From an uncultured Bacteroidaceae bacterium (GTDB taxonomy: Bacteria > Bacteroidota > Bacteroidia > Bacteroidales > SM23-62), in assembly GCA_964406005.1 (NCBI GenBank), contig CAYOPZ010000005.1, positions 5,370 to 69,369 of the forward strand: a DNA stretch of 64,000 bases. The letters run 5' to 3'. Below, piece after piece: positions 1 through 8,187 of the stretch. Each line of letters opens with the position of its first letter. The stretch's first letter is position 1. The translations under genes and the position numbers were made by a program. Below the pieces are notes generated by a model that had not been told where the DNA came from, did not search any database, and worked only from the letters and a program-made list of their open reading frames with translations.

Positions 1-176
1 CATATTACCCGATAGAACAATACAGAAAAAAATGCAGGGAGCTGGGGGCGGATTATTTCTTCGATAAATCAAACGATTTTGAGAAAATGACAGGGACGGT
101 AAAAAAACTGGCAAAAAAAATTAAAAATAATCATAATCCATCCGGCTGGAACAACCGGAATAACAATTATGCATAA
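1..176 (+). CDS. 3' end of a response-regulator receiver (CheY-like) gene, cut by the window edge
   Basis: Frame 3 is open from the window edge to TAA at 174-176. The translated tail ...YRKKCRELGADYFFDKSNDFEKM... resembles the C-terminal end of REC domains. Its stop overlaps the next ATG (ATGCATAA at 169-176). Confidence 0.5.
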   Translation, partial: YYPIEQYRKKCRELGADYFFDKSNDFEKMTGTVKKLAKKIKNNHNPSGWNNRNNNYA

Positions 177-765
177 AGGTAATTTATCTGATTTACCCGA
201 TCATTTTCTGGTCTTTGCAATTGACCGGAATTTCTTCGCAATACCGGTAAAAATGGTTAAAAGGATTATTCCTTCGATAATAATAACCAGGGTGCCCGGT
301 TTTCAGGAACATATTCTCGGGGTGGTTAATGTTTTAGGCGAGGCCGTACCTGTTTTCAATATCAGGAAAATCTTCAAGCTTCCCGCAAAAGATACTGAGC
401 TGACCGATTTGTTTATTCTTTTGACCGTATCGGGACAAACCATATCGTTTGCGGCCGATTCCGTTCAGGGAATCATGAACCGGACAGACCGGAAAATGAT
501 TCCCGCCGGGGAAGTAGCTCCCGGACTGGAAAAGATCCTCGAAGGACTGATATTCCTGGATGACGGTATGATCCTGATCTATGACCCCGGGAAGCTGTTC
601 GTCTATGACAATATGATAAAGATAGATATCAAAAAGCTGGGGCAAACGATGAGGGGTTTGCAGGAATCCGGGAAAAAAAGAGCTGCCAGGGCAAAAAAAC
701 CGGCGGGCCGGAAGACCAGCAAGCCATTAACCGATAAACCAACAGGACCGGTCAAGAAGAATTAA
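169..765 (+). CDS. cheW: CheW-like coupling protein with a basic Lys/Pro-rich C-terminal tail
   Basis: 198-aa ORF with CheW-type segments (FLVFAIDRNFFAIPVKMVKRIIP, VPGFQEHILGVVNVLGEAVPVFNIRKIF). The last ~40 aa (KKRAARAKKPAGRKTSKPLTDKPTGPVKKN) are basic and low complexity. Confidence 0.85.
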   Translation: MHKGNLSDLPDHFLVFAIDRNFFAIPVKMVKRIIPSIIITRVPGFQEHILGVVNVLGEAVPVFNIRKIFKLPAKDTELTDLFILLTVSGQTISFAADSVQGIMNRTDRKMIPAGEVAPGLEKILEGLIFLDDGMILIYDPGKLFVYDNMIKIDIKKLGQTMRGLQESGKKRAARAKKPAGRKTSKPLTDKPTGPVKKN

Positions 766-780
766 ACCCGGGGAATAAGA

Positions 781-2328
781 ATGGTAAAAAGAACATCCGA
801 TAGCAAGAAAATTTCTGCTGATCTGCTTGCCCGCTTTGGCAATTTCATCTCACGGAACCTCGGTTTGTATTTTCCGGAAAACCGTCAGGAAGACCTGTAT
901 GAAAAATGTACCCTTGCAGCAAGGGAATTCGGTTTCGGTAATCCTGAAGACTGTATTCGCCGGCTGTTGTCGGCACCACTGGATCAGGAGCAGATTGAAA
1001 TTCTGTCTTCATATCTGACCATTGGAGAAACACATTTTTACAGGGATAAATCAATTTATGAAAGTCTTGAAAAATATGTCCTTCCTGAACTGTTAGCCAG
1101 GCGAAGAGAACAGGGGAAATACATGAGAATCTGGAGCGCAGGCTGTTCGTCGGGCGAAGAACCCTATTCAGTAGCCATTCTGCTGGCCAGCCTGATAACC
1201 GACATTGAAAACTGGAACATTTCAATTCTTGCAACCGATATCAGTCAAAAGGCCCTGGATAAAGCCAAAAAGGGAATTTACGGGAAGTGGTCCTTCAGGA
1301 GCACGCCGGAATGGGTGAAGGATGAGTATTTTATAAAAAGCCGGAAGGATTCCTATACCATCAGGCCTTTTATTAAGGATATGGTTTCCTTTTCCTATCA
1401 CAACCTGGCCAAAGACCCGTTTCCATCACTGGTCAACAACACATCGGCAATAGATATCGTATTCTGCAGGAATGTGATCATGTATTTTCATCCCGGGCTG
1501 GCACGAAAAATCATCAACCTGTTCTACCGGTCACTTATTGGTGGAGGATGGCTCGTCGTAAGTGGAAGCGAAGGTCATATGGTACATAAATCACGGTTTG
1601 TAACCGTTGCCCTGCCGGACACGATCTTCTTCAGAAAAGACCTGTTAAAATCAAGCGCAACAGAAACCCTGGGAACAACCGAAAAACAAGAAACAACAGA
1701 AACAGAGGTTCTCCATGATCCCGGTTCTGTGTTCAGTGAGGCTGACATTTCACAGGCCAACGGTGTGAAATGTTCTGGCAACTACGATACACAGGAAATC
1801 CAGGCTGTCCCGGAAACAACAACCGACCCGGTTAAAAAAGCCGCTGTGCTGTATGAGCAGGGCAGCTACCGGGAAGCGGAAAGTATCATGGCGGAATACC
1901 TGTCCGGGGATCCGGACAATTCCGGAGCAATAATCCTGCTTGCTAAAATCTTTTCAAACCAGGGAAAATTCATTGAGGCAACAGAATTAATTAGGAAGGG
2001 AATTGAGATTGATAAATGCAACCAGGAATATTACTATCTGCTTGCGCTCATTAATATTGAACAGGGCAGAACGGAGGAAGCAAAATCCGCTCTTCAACGT
2101 TCTATATATATCGATGATCATTCTGTACTCTCACATTATGCCCTGGGGAATATTTTTATGCAGCAGGGCAAAACAAAGCATGCCGAAAAACATTTCAGTA
2201 ATGCCATTTCCATACTGGACAAGTATGACAGAGACAATATCATCGGAGGATCGGACGGTTTGACAGCCGGCAGGTTAACCGAAATAATCAAAATAAAAAA
2301 CCTGGCTTCCCGGGAAAGAATTGTATAA
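781..2328 (+). CDS. cheR: CheR-type MCP methyltransferase with C-terminal TPR repeats
   Basis: 515 aa with CheR motifs ETHFYRD, IWSAGCSSGEEPYS and FCRNVIMYF. A Thr/Glu-rich linker is followed by TPR-like repeats (AAVLYEQGSYREAE, LLAKIFSNQGKFIEA, ALGNIFMQQGKTKHAEKHF). Confidence 0.9.
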   Translation: MVKRTSDSKKISADLLARFGNFISRNLGLYFPENRQEDLYEKCTLAAREFGFGNPEDCIRRLLSAPLDQEQIEILSSYLTIGETHFYRDKSIYESLEKYVLPELLARRREQGKYMRIWSAGCSSGEEPYSVAILLASLITDIENWNISILATDISQKALDKAKKGIYGKWSFRSTPEWVKDEYFIKSRKDSYTIRPFIKDMVSFSYHNLAKDPFPSLVNNTSAIDIVFCRNVIMYFHPGLARKIINLFYRSLIGGGWLVVSGSEGHMVHKSRFVTVALPDTIFFRKDLLKSSATETLGTTEKQETTETEVLHDPGSVFSEADISQANGVKCSGNYDTQEIQAVPETTTDPVKKAAVLYEQGSYREAESIMAEYLSGDPDNSGAIILLAKIFSNQGKFIEATELIRKGIEIDKCNQEYYYLLALINIEQGRTEEAKSALQRSIYIDDHSVLSHYALGNIFMQQGKTKHAEKHFSNAISILDKYDRDNIIGGSDGLTAGRLTEIIKIKNLASRERIV

Positions 2329-2344
2329 ATAAAATCAATATAGA

Positions 2345-2980
2345 ATGGAAGTAAAAGCAGACAGGTCAAAAGAAGGACAGCCATCGTCCATCGACTGGAA
2401 GGAGATTCATTCGCGCCTGGAGGCCGTCCGGGAAAAACTTGAACAGGAACGGTATTTATCTGAGACCGAGAAGGAACAAATCATAAGGGAAAGAACCAGG
2501 AAACTCGGTAAGGCATCACCGGATGAACCATCCTCTTCAACGGAATACCTGAAGGTGACAGAGTTTGTGCTGTCCGATGAAAAATACGGGATAGAGCTGG
2601 ATGCGATCAGCGAGGTTATTTCATTGAAAGACCTGACTCCATTGCCCTGTACCCCGCCTTTTATAACGGGCGTCATGAATATCAGGGGGAAAATAGTAAC
2701 CGTCATTGACATCAGGAAGATGCTCGAGCTGCCTGCCGGAGGCTTAACCGATCTTAACAGGCTAATCATCGTCCATGCGCATGGAATGGAAGCAGGAATA
2801 CTGGCGGATCTCATCTCCGGTGTCAGGCTGATCCGAACAGGCGGCATCCAACCGGCACTGCCGACACTTACAGGAATACGGGCTGAATACATCAAAGGGG
2901 TTACCGGTGACCAGCTGATCATTCTGAATGTCGAAAATATATTTTCCGACGAAAGGATAATTGTAAACGAAATAATTTAA
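2345..2980 (+). CDS. cheW: CheW-like coupling protein (second copy)
   Basis: 211 aa. A charged N-terminal ~70 aa is followed by a CheW domain (KYGIELDAISEVISLKDLTPLPCTPPFITGVMNIRGKIVTVIDIRKML). Confidence 0.88.
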   Translation: MEVKADRSKEGQPSSIDWKEIHSRLEAVREKLEQERYLSETEKEQIIRERTRKLGKASPDEPSSSTEYLKVTEFVLSDEKYGIELDAISEVISLKDLTPLPCTPPFITGVMNIRGKIVTVIDIRKMLELPAGGLTDLNRLIIVHAHGMEAGILADLISGVRLIRTGGIQPALPTLTGIRAEYIKGVTGDQLIILNVENIFSDERIIVNEII

Positions 2981-2992
2981 AAATGCCAAACC

Positions 2993-4723
2993 ATGAAACC
3001 ATCATTTGCGCTTAAAATCGGAGTGTTTTTCGGAGTGATATTGATAATATTGCTCGTCATAGGTAGTATTTCGCTCACAAATATGACAAGGCTCCATGAA
3101 AATGCCGATCTCGTAATCCGTGCCGATGAAATAAAAACGAAGTTAGAGGAGATCACAAGTGCCATTAAAGACGCCGAGACGGCTGAACGCGGCTACATCA
3201 TAACCGGAGAGGAAGAATACCTGGAACCATACAATAATGTTCTTCCCGGGATCTCCAGTTCTGAAAATGATCTCGAGCAGTTGATATCCGATCCCCAACA
3301 GAAACAACGACTTCTCCGGTTCGAATCCCAGGTTACAGAGAAACTTGATTTTCTTGAGGAAGCGATCAACACACGAAGGGATGCCGGTTTTGATGCCGCA
3401 AGAGCCCTGATATTAACGGATATCGGGAAAAACATGATGCAAAATGTCCGCGATACAAAATTGGAAATGATAAATGCAGAGGATCAAATACTCCAGGAAC
3501 GCCAGCTCAGATCCGACCGGAGTGTCAGAACTGCCAGGCTGACCATTGTACTGCTGACAGCGATCAGTATCATAATAGTCGTTTTAATGGTCATTTACCT
3601 GGTTTACAATATCGCCCTGCCGGTCAGGGAAGTTTCAGGCATCGCGGAGAATATCTCCATGGGAGAATTCAACCGCGAAATCAGGAAAACCGGCAGGAAA
3701 GATGAAGTCGGAGTACTCATAAATGCATTTTCACGCATGATTTCCTATTTAAAGGAAATGACCAATACGGCCAACATGATTGCCGAACGTAACCTGGATA
3801 TTGAGATAAAGCCCCTTTCGGAGCGGGATATATTCGGAAATGCATTCAATTCAATGAAAGAAAACCTGAAGGCCCAGGTTCTTGAAATAACCGAAACGGT
3901 AAATGTCCTTACTTCGATGGTCGCGGAAATCATCACCACAACTTCCCAGTTAACGGCCAGTTCCACCGAGACGGTTTCGGCGATAACAGAAACAACCACG
4001 ACCGTGGAGGAAGTCAAACAAACGGCACAGGTTTCCAATGACAAGGCAAAGGCGATTTCGGAAAGCTCCAGAAAAACCCTGCAGGTGGCCAGAGATGGTG
4101 AAAAAGCGGTGAATGAAACCGGTTCAGGTATGAACATGATTAGGGAGAAGATGGAATTCATTGCAGAAAGTATTATGCAATTGAGTGAACAGAGCCAGAC
4201 CATCGGAGAGATCATGAATTCAATAAATGACCTGGCCGAACAGTCCAACCTGCTTGCGGTTAACGCTTCGATCGAAGCTGCCAAGGCAGGTGAGGAAGGA
4301 AAAGGATTTGCAGTGGTGGCAGAGGAAGTTAAAAACCTGGCCGACCAGTCGAAACAGGCAACCAGGCAGGTGCGGGAGATTCTGACCGAAATACAGAAGG
4401 CCACCGGTACAGCGGTTATGGCAACCGAGGAAGGGAGCAAGGTGGTCGAGTCGGGCACCACCCAGGCCGGTGATGCCGGAGCTTCAATCAAAGCGCTGAC
4501 TGAAGTTGTCAACGAAGCAGTGCAGGCTACCACACAGATCGCAGCATCCGTACAGCAACAATTCGTGGGTATCGACCAGGTTACGGAAGCCATCCGCAAC
4601 ATCAGTGTTGCAAGCAACCAGAACCTGGAGAGCACCAAACAGCTGGAAACAGCTTCGGAAAACCTGGAAGGAGTAGCCAGGAAACTTGATGAACTTGTAA
4701 AACAGTACCAACTCGAAGAATGA
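2993..4723 (+). CDS. Methyl-accepting chemotaxis protein, CHASE3-like sensor + HAMP + MCP signalling domain
   Basis: 576 aa with two TM segments flanking a CHASE3-like region (AETAERGYIITGEEEYLEPY). It has a HAMP domain (EVGVLINAFSRMISYL) and the conserved hairpin tip (DLAEQSNLLAVNASIEAAKAGEEGKGFAVVAEEVKNLA). Confidence 0.92.
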   Translation: MKPSFALKIGVFFGVILIILLVIGSISLTNMTRLHENADLVIRADEIKTKLEEITSAIKDAETAERGYIITGEEEYLEPYNNVLPGISSSENDLEQLISDPQQKQRLLRFESQVTEKLDFLEEAINTRRDAGFDAARALILTDIGKNMMQNVRDTKLEMINAEDQILQERQLRSDRSVRTARLTIVLLTAISIIIVVLMVIYLVYNIALPVREVSGIAENISMGEFNREIRKTGRKDEVGVLINAFSRMISYLKEMTNTANMIAERNLDIEIKPLSERDIFGNAFNSMKENLKAQVLEITETVNVLTSMVAEIITTTSQLTASSTETVSAITETTTTVEEVKQTAQVSNDKAKAISESSRKTLQVARDGEKAVNETGSGMNMIREKMEFIAESIMQLSEQSQTIGEIMNSINDLAEQSNLLAVNASIEAAKAGEEGKGFAVVAEEVKNLADQSKQATRQVREILTEIQKATGTAVMATEEGSKVVESGTTQAGDAGASIKALTEVVNEAVQATTQIAASVQQQFVGIDQVTEAIRNISVASNQNLESTKQLETASENLEGVARKLDELVKQYQLEE

Positions 4724-7050
4724 CCAAAAAAGAGGAAGAATTTAAAAAGCGGTTGCTGGAGACTTTCAGGATTGAAGCCGGTGACCACCTGAAAGCGATA
4801 TCATCCGGCCTGATAAAACTGGAAAAAACAGGCAATCAGGATGAGCGGAGAAAATCAACCGAGAATATCTACAGGGAGGCTCACAGTCTGAAAGGAGCAT
4901 CACGTTCTGTAAACATACGCAGTTTTGAATCCATCTGTAATACTTTGGAAAATGTTCTCGGAAGATGGAAGCGTGAAGAGATAACCCCGTCCCGGGATAT
5001 GTTCGATAAAATGCATACCCTGGTCGATTTTATGTCGGAAAAACTCGGTGATCCCCGGCCCGGGGAGATCGTCCTCGAAAATCATGTTTCAGAGATTCTT
5101 TCTCAATCGTATGAAACGGATTCCGGAACCGAAGATATTTCAGGGCCCGGTTCAGGCAAAGGACTTACTGAAAAGGAGAGTAGTGACCAGTCCGGTAAAA
5201 AAGTTAATCAGCCTTCTGAAAAGGAACAACCCCCTGCAGGTGAAGGAAGGATACTGGAAGGAACCGTAAGGATTTCCAGGATGAAACTCGATTCCCTGAT
5301 GATGCAGACCGAAGAGATGCTGTCTGTTAAACTTAAACTGTATCAGCGATTTACCGAACTTCAGGATCTCGGATCCGTTCTCAGTCAATTGAAAAAGGAG
5401 ATCATGGAAATGATCCGGGAAAATCCTAAGGTATTCCAAATCCAGGTGAATGAGACTAAGAACCCGGATCGTGAAAATAATAAAATCAATCCGGGACAAT
5501 CGGAAAAATATGATAAGAGTTCTGAACTCGTCGAATTAATGGAAGCCAAACTCTCGGTTCTTGTTAAATCAGCCGGAGAAGATCACAGGATGGCAGGAAG
5601 GATGATCGATAATATGCTGGAGGAAATGAGGAATATCTTAATGCTCCCCATTTCTTCAATCCTGGAATTGTTCCCGGGACTGGTCCGCAATCTCTCCAGG
5701 GAGCAGGGCAAGAATGTGGAACTGGAAATGCAGGGAGCTGAGAATGAAGTCGACAGACGGGTCCTTGAAGAGATAAAAGATCCGCTTATCCACCTGGTAC
5801 GGAATTGTATCGATCACGGAATTGAAAAACCCGAAGAAAGAATCAAGAATGGTAAACCTTCATCCGGAAAAATTACCATCAAGGTATCACAATTGCCGGG
5901 GAACAAGGTTGAAATTCTTGTATCCGACGACGGGGAAGGGATTGATCTGGCCGGTATTAAAAAGGCGGCAATCAAAAATGAATTGGTTTCAGAGAAGGAT
6001 GATTTAACGGACGATAAACTGGAAACTCTTGTTTATCATTCCGGGATTACAACCAGTCCCATCCTTACGGATCTTTCCGGCAGGGGACTCGGACTCGCCA
6101 TTGTCAAGGAGAAAGTCGAATCGCTCGGAGGAACCGTCTCCGTCAGGTCCCAACACCTTAAAGGAACAGCCTTTACCATGCAGATACCGCTTACACTTGC
6201 AACATACAGGGGCATCTTCATCGAGGTGGACGGTGCCGTGTTTGTCGTACCCGCTGCCAATGTCGAACGGATCCTGAGAATTAACAGGAGTGACATAAAA
6301 ATGGTCGAAAACAGGGAGACCGTTTCAATGAACGGCAATACCCTTTCCTATGTAAATCTCGGTGACATTCTTGAAACAGCGGGAAGTAACCGTGAAGAAC
6401 CGGAGGTAAAGGACAAAACACCTAACCGGGACGTTCAGAACATACTCATTATGGGAGCAGGAAACAACAGGATCGCTTTTGGTATTGACAGGATTATCAA
6501 TGAGCAGGAAATCCTTGTTAAACATCTTTCAAAACCGCTGGCCCGGGTCAGGAATACAGGTGGTGTGACCATCCTGGGCTCAGGAAGGGTCGTTCCGATC
6601 CTGAACATTTCAGACATTATGAAATCAGCAGTCACCGGGCCTTCTGTAAGTACCGGATCCGCTTCTGAAAAGAAAGCGGAAGAAAAGCAAAGATCCGCCC
6701 TGGTTGCAGAAGATTCCATCACATCCAGGATGCTCCTCAGGGATATCCTCGAATCGGCCGGATTCTTTGTCAAAACAGCCGTTGACGGTGCCGAGGCACT
6801 GTCGCTCCTGCGTGAAGGCGAATTCGATATCCTTGTGTCAGATATCGATATGCCCAGGATGAACGGCTTCGAGCTTACTTTAAAAGTGCGTGCCGATAAA
6901 AAGCTCGGTGAATTGCCGGTCGTCCTTGTAACTGCCCTGAAATCACGCGAAGACCGTGAACACGGAATGGAGGTCGGAGCAAATGCCTATATCGAAAAAG
7001 GCAGTTTTGATCCGCAGCAGCTCCTGGAAGTCATAAACAGGCTCGTGTAA
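4720..7050 (+). CDS. cheA: CheA-type histidine kinase fused to a C-terminal receiver (WspE-like CheA::REC)
   Basis: 776 aa. Domains: HPt (YREAHSLKGASRS), HATPase (IHLVRNCIDHGIE, SDDGEGID, GRGLGLAIV), CheW-like P5 (FIEVDGAVFVVPAANVERIL) and REC (LVAEDSITSR, ILVSDIDMPRMNG). The ATGA start overlaps the MCP stop. Confidence 0.92.
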   Translation: MTKKEEEFKKRLLETFRIEAGDHLKAISSGLIKLEKTGNQDERRKSTENIYREAHSLKGASRSVNIRSFESICNTLENVLGRWKREEITPSRDMFDKMHTLVDFMSEKLGDPRPGEIVLENHVSEILSQSYETDSGTEDISGPGSGKGLTEKESSDQSGKKVNQPSEKEQPPAGEGRILEGTVRISRMKLDSLMMQTEEMLSVKLKLYQRFTELQDLGSVLSQLKKEIMEMIRENPKVFQIQVNETKNPDRENNKINPGQSEKYDKSSELVELMEAKLSVLVKSAGEDHRMAGRMIDNMLEEMRNILMLPISSILELFPGLVRNLSREQGKNVELEMQGAENEVDRRVLEEIKDPLIHLVRNCIDHGIEKPEERIKNGKPSSGKITIKVSQLPGNKVEILVSDDGEGIDLAGIKKAAIKNELVSEKDDLTDDKLETLVYHSGITTSPILTDLSGRGLGLAIVKEKVESLGGTVSVRSQHLKGTAFTMQIPLTLATYRGIFIEVDGAVFVVPAANVERILRINRSDIKMVENRETVSMNGNTLSYVNLGDILETAGSNREEPEVKDKTPNRDVQNILIMGAGNNRIAFGIDRIINEQEILVKHLSKPLARVRNTGGVTILGSGRVVPILNISDIMKSAVTGPSVSTGSASEKKAEEKQRSALVAEDSITSRMLLRDILESAGFFVKTAVDGAEALSLLREGEFDILVSDIDMPRMNGFELTLKVRADKKLGELPVVLVTALKSREDREHGMEVGANAYIEKGSFDPQQLLEVINRLV

Positions 7051-7092
7051 AGGATATTTTGATACAACCCCGGAAAATCAATAAAAACGGCA

Positions 7093-8175
7093 ATGACCGA
7101 GTTTAAAAAAGTAAGAGTTCTCGTTGTCGACGATTCACCGTCGGTTCTCGACCTGTTGACCTACATTCTGAATTCCGACCCCGGAATAGAAGTGATCGGG
7201 ACAGCCCTGACCGGCAAAAGAGCGTTGAAATTTCTTGAGACAACAGCTCCCGACGTTATTACGATGGATATGGAAATGCCTGAGATGGACGGACTGAAAA
7301 CCACGCGCATCATTATGGAAACCAATCCTGTTCCGATTATCATCGTATCGGCTTCCTGGTCCCCGTCAGAAGTTACCGATACCCTCAGGGCCATGGAAGC
7401 AGGTGCCGTTGCCATTCTGGAAAAGCCGCGGGGTATCGGCCATCCGGAGCACAACAGGATGGCCATCGAACTTGTCAATACAGTCAAAAACCTGTCACAG
7501 GTAAAACTCGTCAGGCGATGGCCAAAAATAAGGCAGATCAGGGAAAAGGCCCTTCCTGTGCTTCCTGACTTAGAAAAAGACAGGGAAGAGATCAGGATTG
7601 TCGCTATAGGTTCTTCAACCGGTGGTCCTGTTGCCCTGCAGGCCATACTGTCGGAACTTCCCGAAAATCTTCCGGTCCCCGTACTGATCGTGCAGCATAT
7701 TGCAGCGGGTTTCCTTAATGGATTGAAGGAATGGCTTAACAGATCGACAGGGAAAAAGGTCACTGTCGCATCAGACAGGGAGAAATTATTACCCGGACAT
7801 TATTACCTGGCGCCAAATAATTTCCAGATGGGAATTCAAAATTCCGGAATGATAAAACTGTCTGATTCCGATCCGTTGACAGTTCACTGCCCCTCTGTTT
7901 CATTTCTTTTCCGGTCTGTTGCCGAAACATACGGTAAACATGCAATCGGGGTTTTATTAACGGGCATGGGCAAAGACGGAGCCGGTGAACTCAGGATGAT
8001 GAGAAACAAGGGAGCCGTGACCATTGCACAGGATGAAGCTACCTCGGTCATCTGGGGAATGCCCGGGGAAGCTGTCAGGCTGGGGGGAGCAAAATATATT
8101 TTACCGCCTGTGGCAATTGCCCGTATAATAGCAAAACGGCTGAAAGGAAGTAACAAAGGTCCTGAGCACAGATAA
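7093..8175 (+). CDS. cheB: CheB-type protein-glutamate methylesterase (REC + esterase)
   Basis: 360 aa. REC motifs (VLVVDDSPSV, VITMDMEMPEMDG) plus the methylesterase triad contexts GSSTGGP, VQHI and GMGKDGA. Confidence 0.92.
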   Translation: MTEFKKVRVLVVDDSPSVLDLLTYILNSDPGIEVIGTALTGKRALKFLETTAPDVITMDMEMPEMDGLKTTRIIMETNPVPIIIVSASWSPSEVTDTLRAMEAGAVAILEKPRGIGHPEHNRMAIELVNTVKNLSQVKLVRRWPKIRQIREKALPVLPDLEKDREEIRIVAIGSSTGGPVALQAILSELPENLPVPVLIVQHIAAGFLNGLKEWLNRSTGKKVTVASDREKLLPGHYYLAPNNFQMGIQNSGMIKLSDSDPLTVHCPSVSFLFRSVAETYGKHAIGVLLTGMGKDGAGELRMMRNKGAVTIAQDEATSVIWGMPGEAVRLGGAKYILPPVAIARIIAKRLKGSNKGPEHR

Positions 8176-8187
8176 AAACGATGGTGC

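Noticed and set aside
3745-4788. 347-aa ORF on the - strand opposite the MCP gene
   Set aside because: Its low-complexity Ser/Thr/Ala-rich translation mirrors the Ala/Glu/Thr-rich MCP coiled coil. The MCP frame has the conserved signalling hairpin, so the antisense ORF is an artefact.
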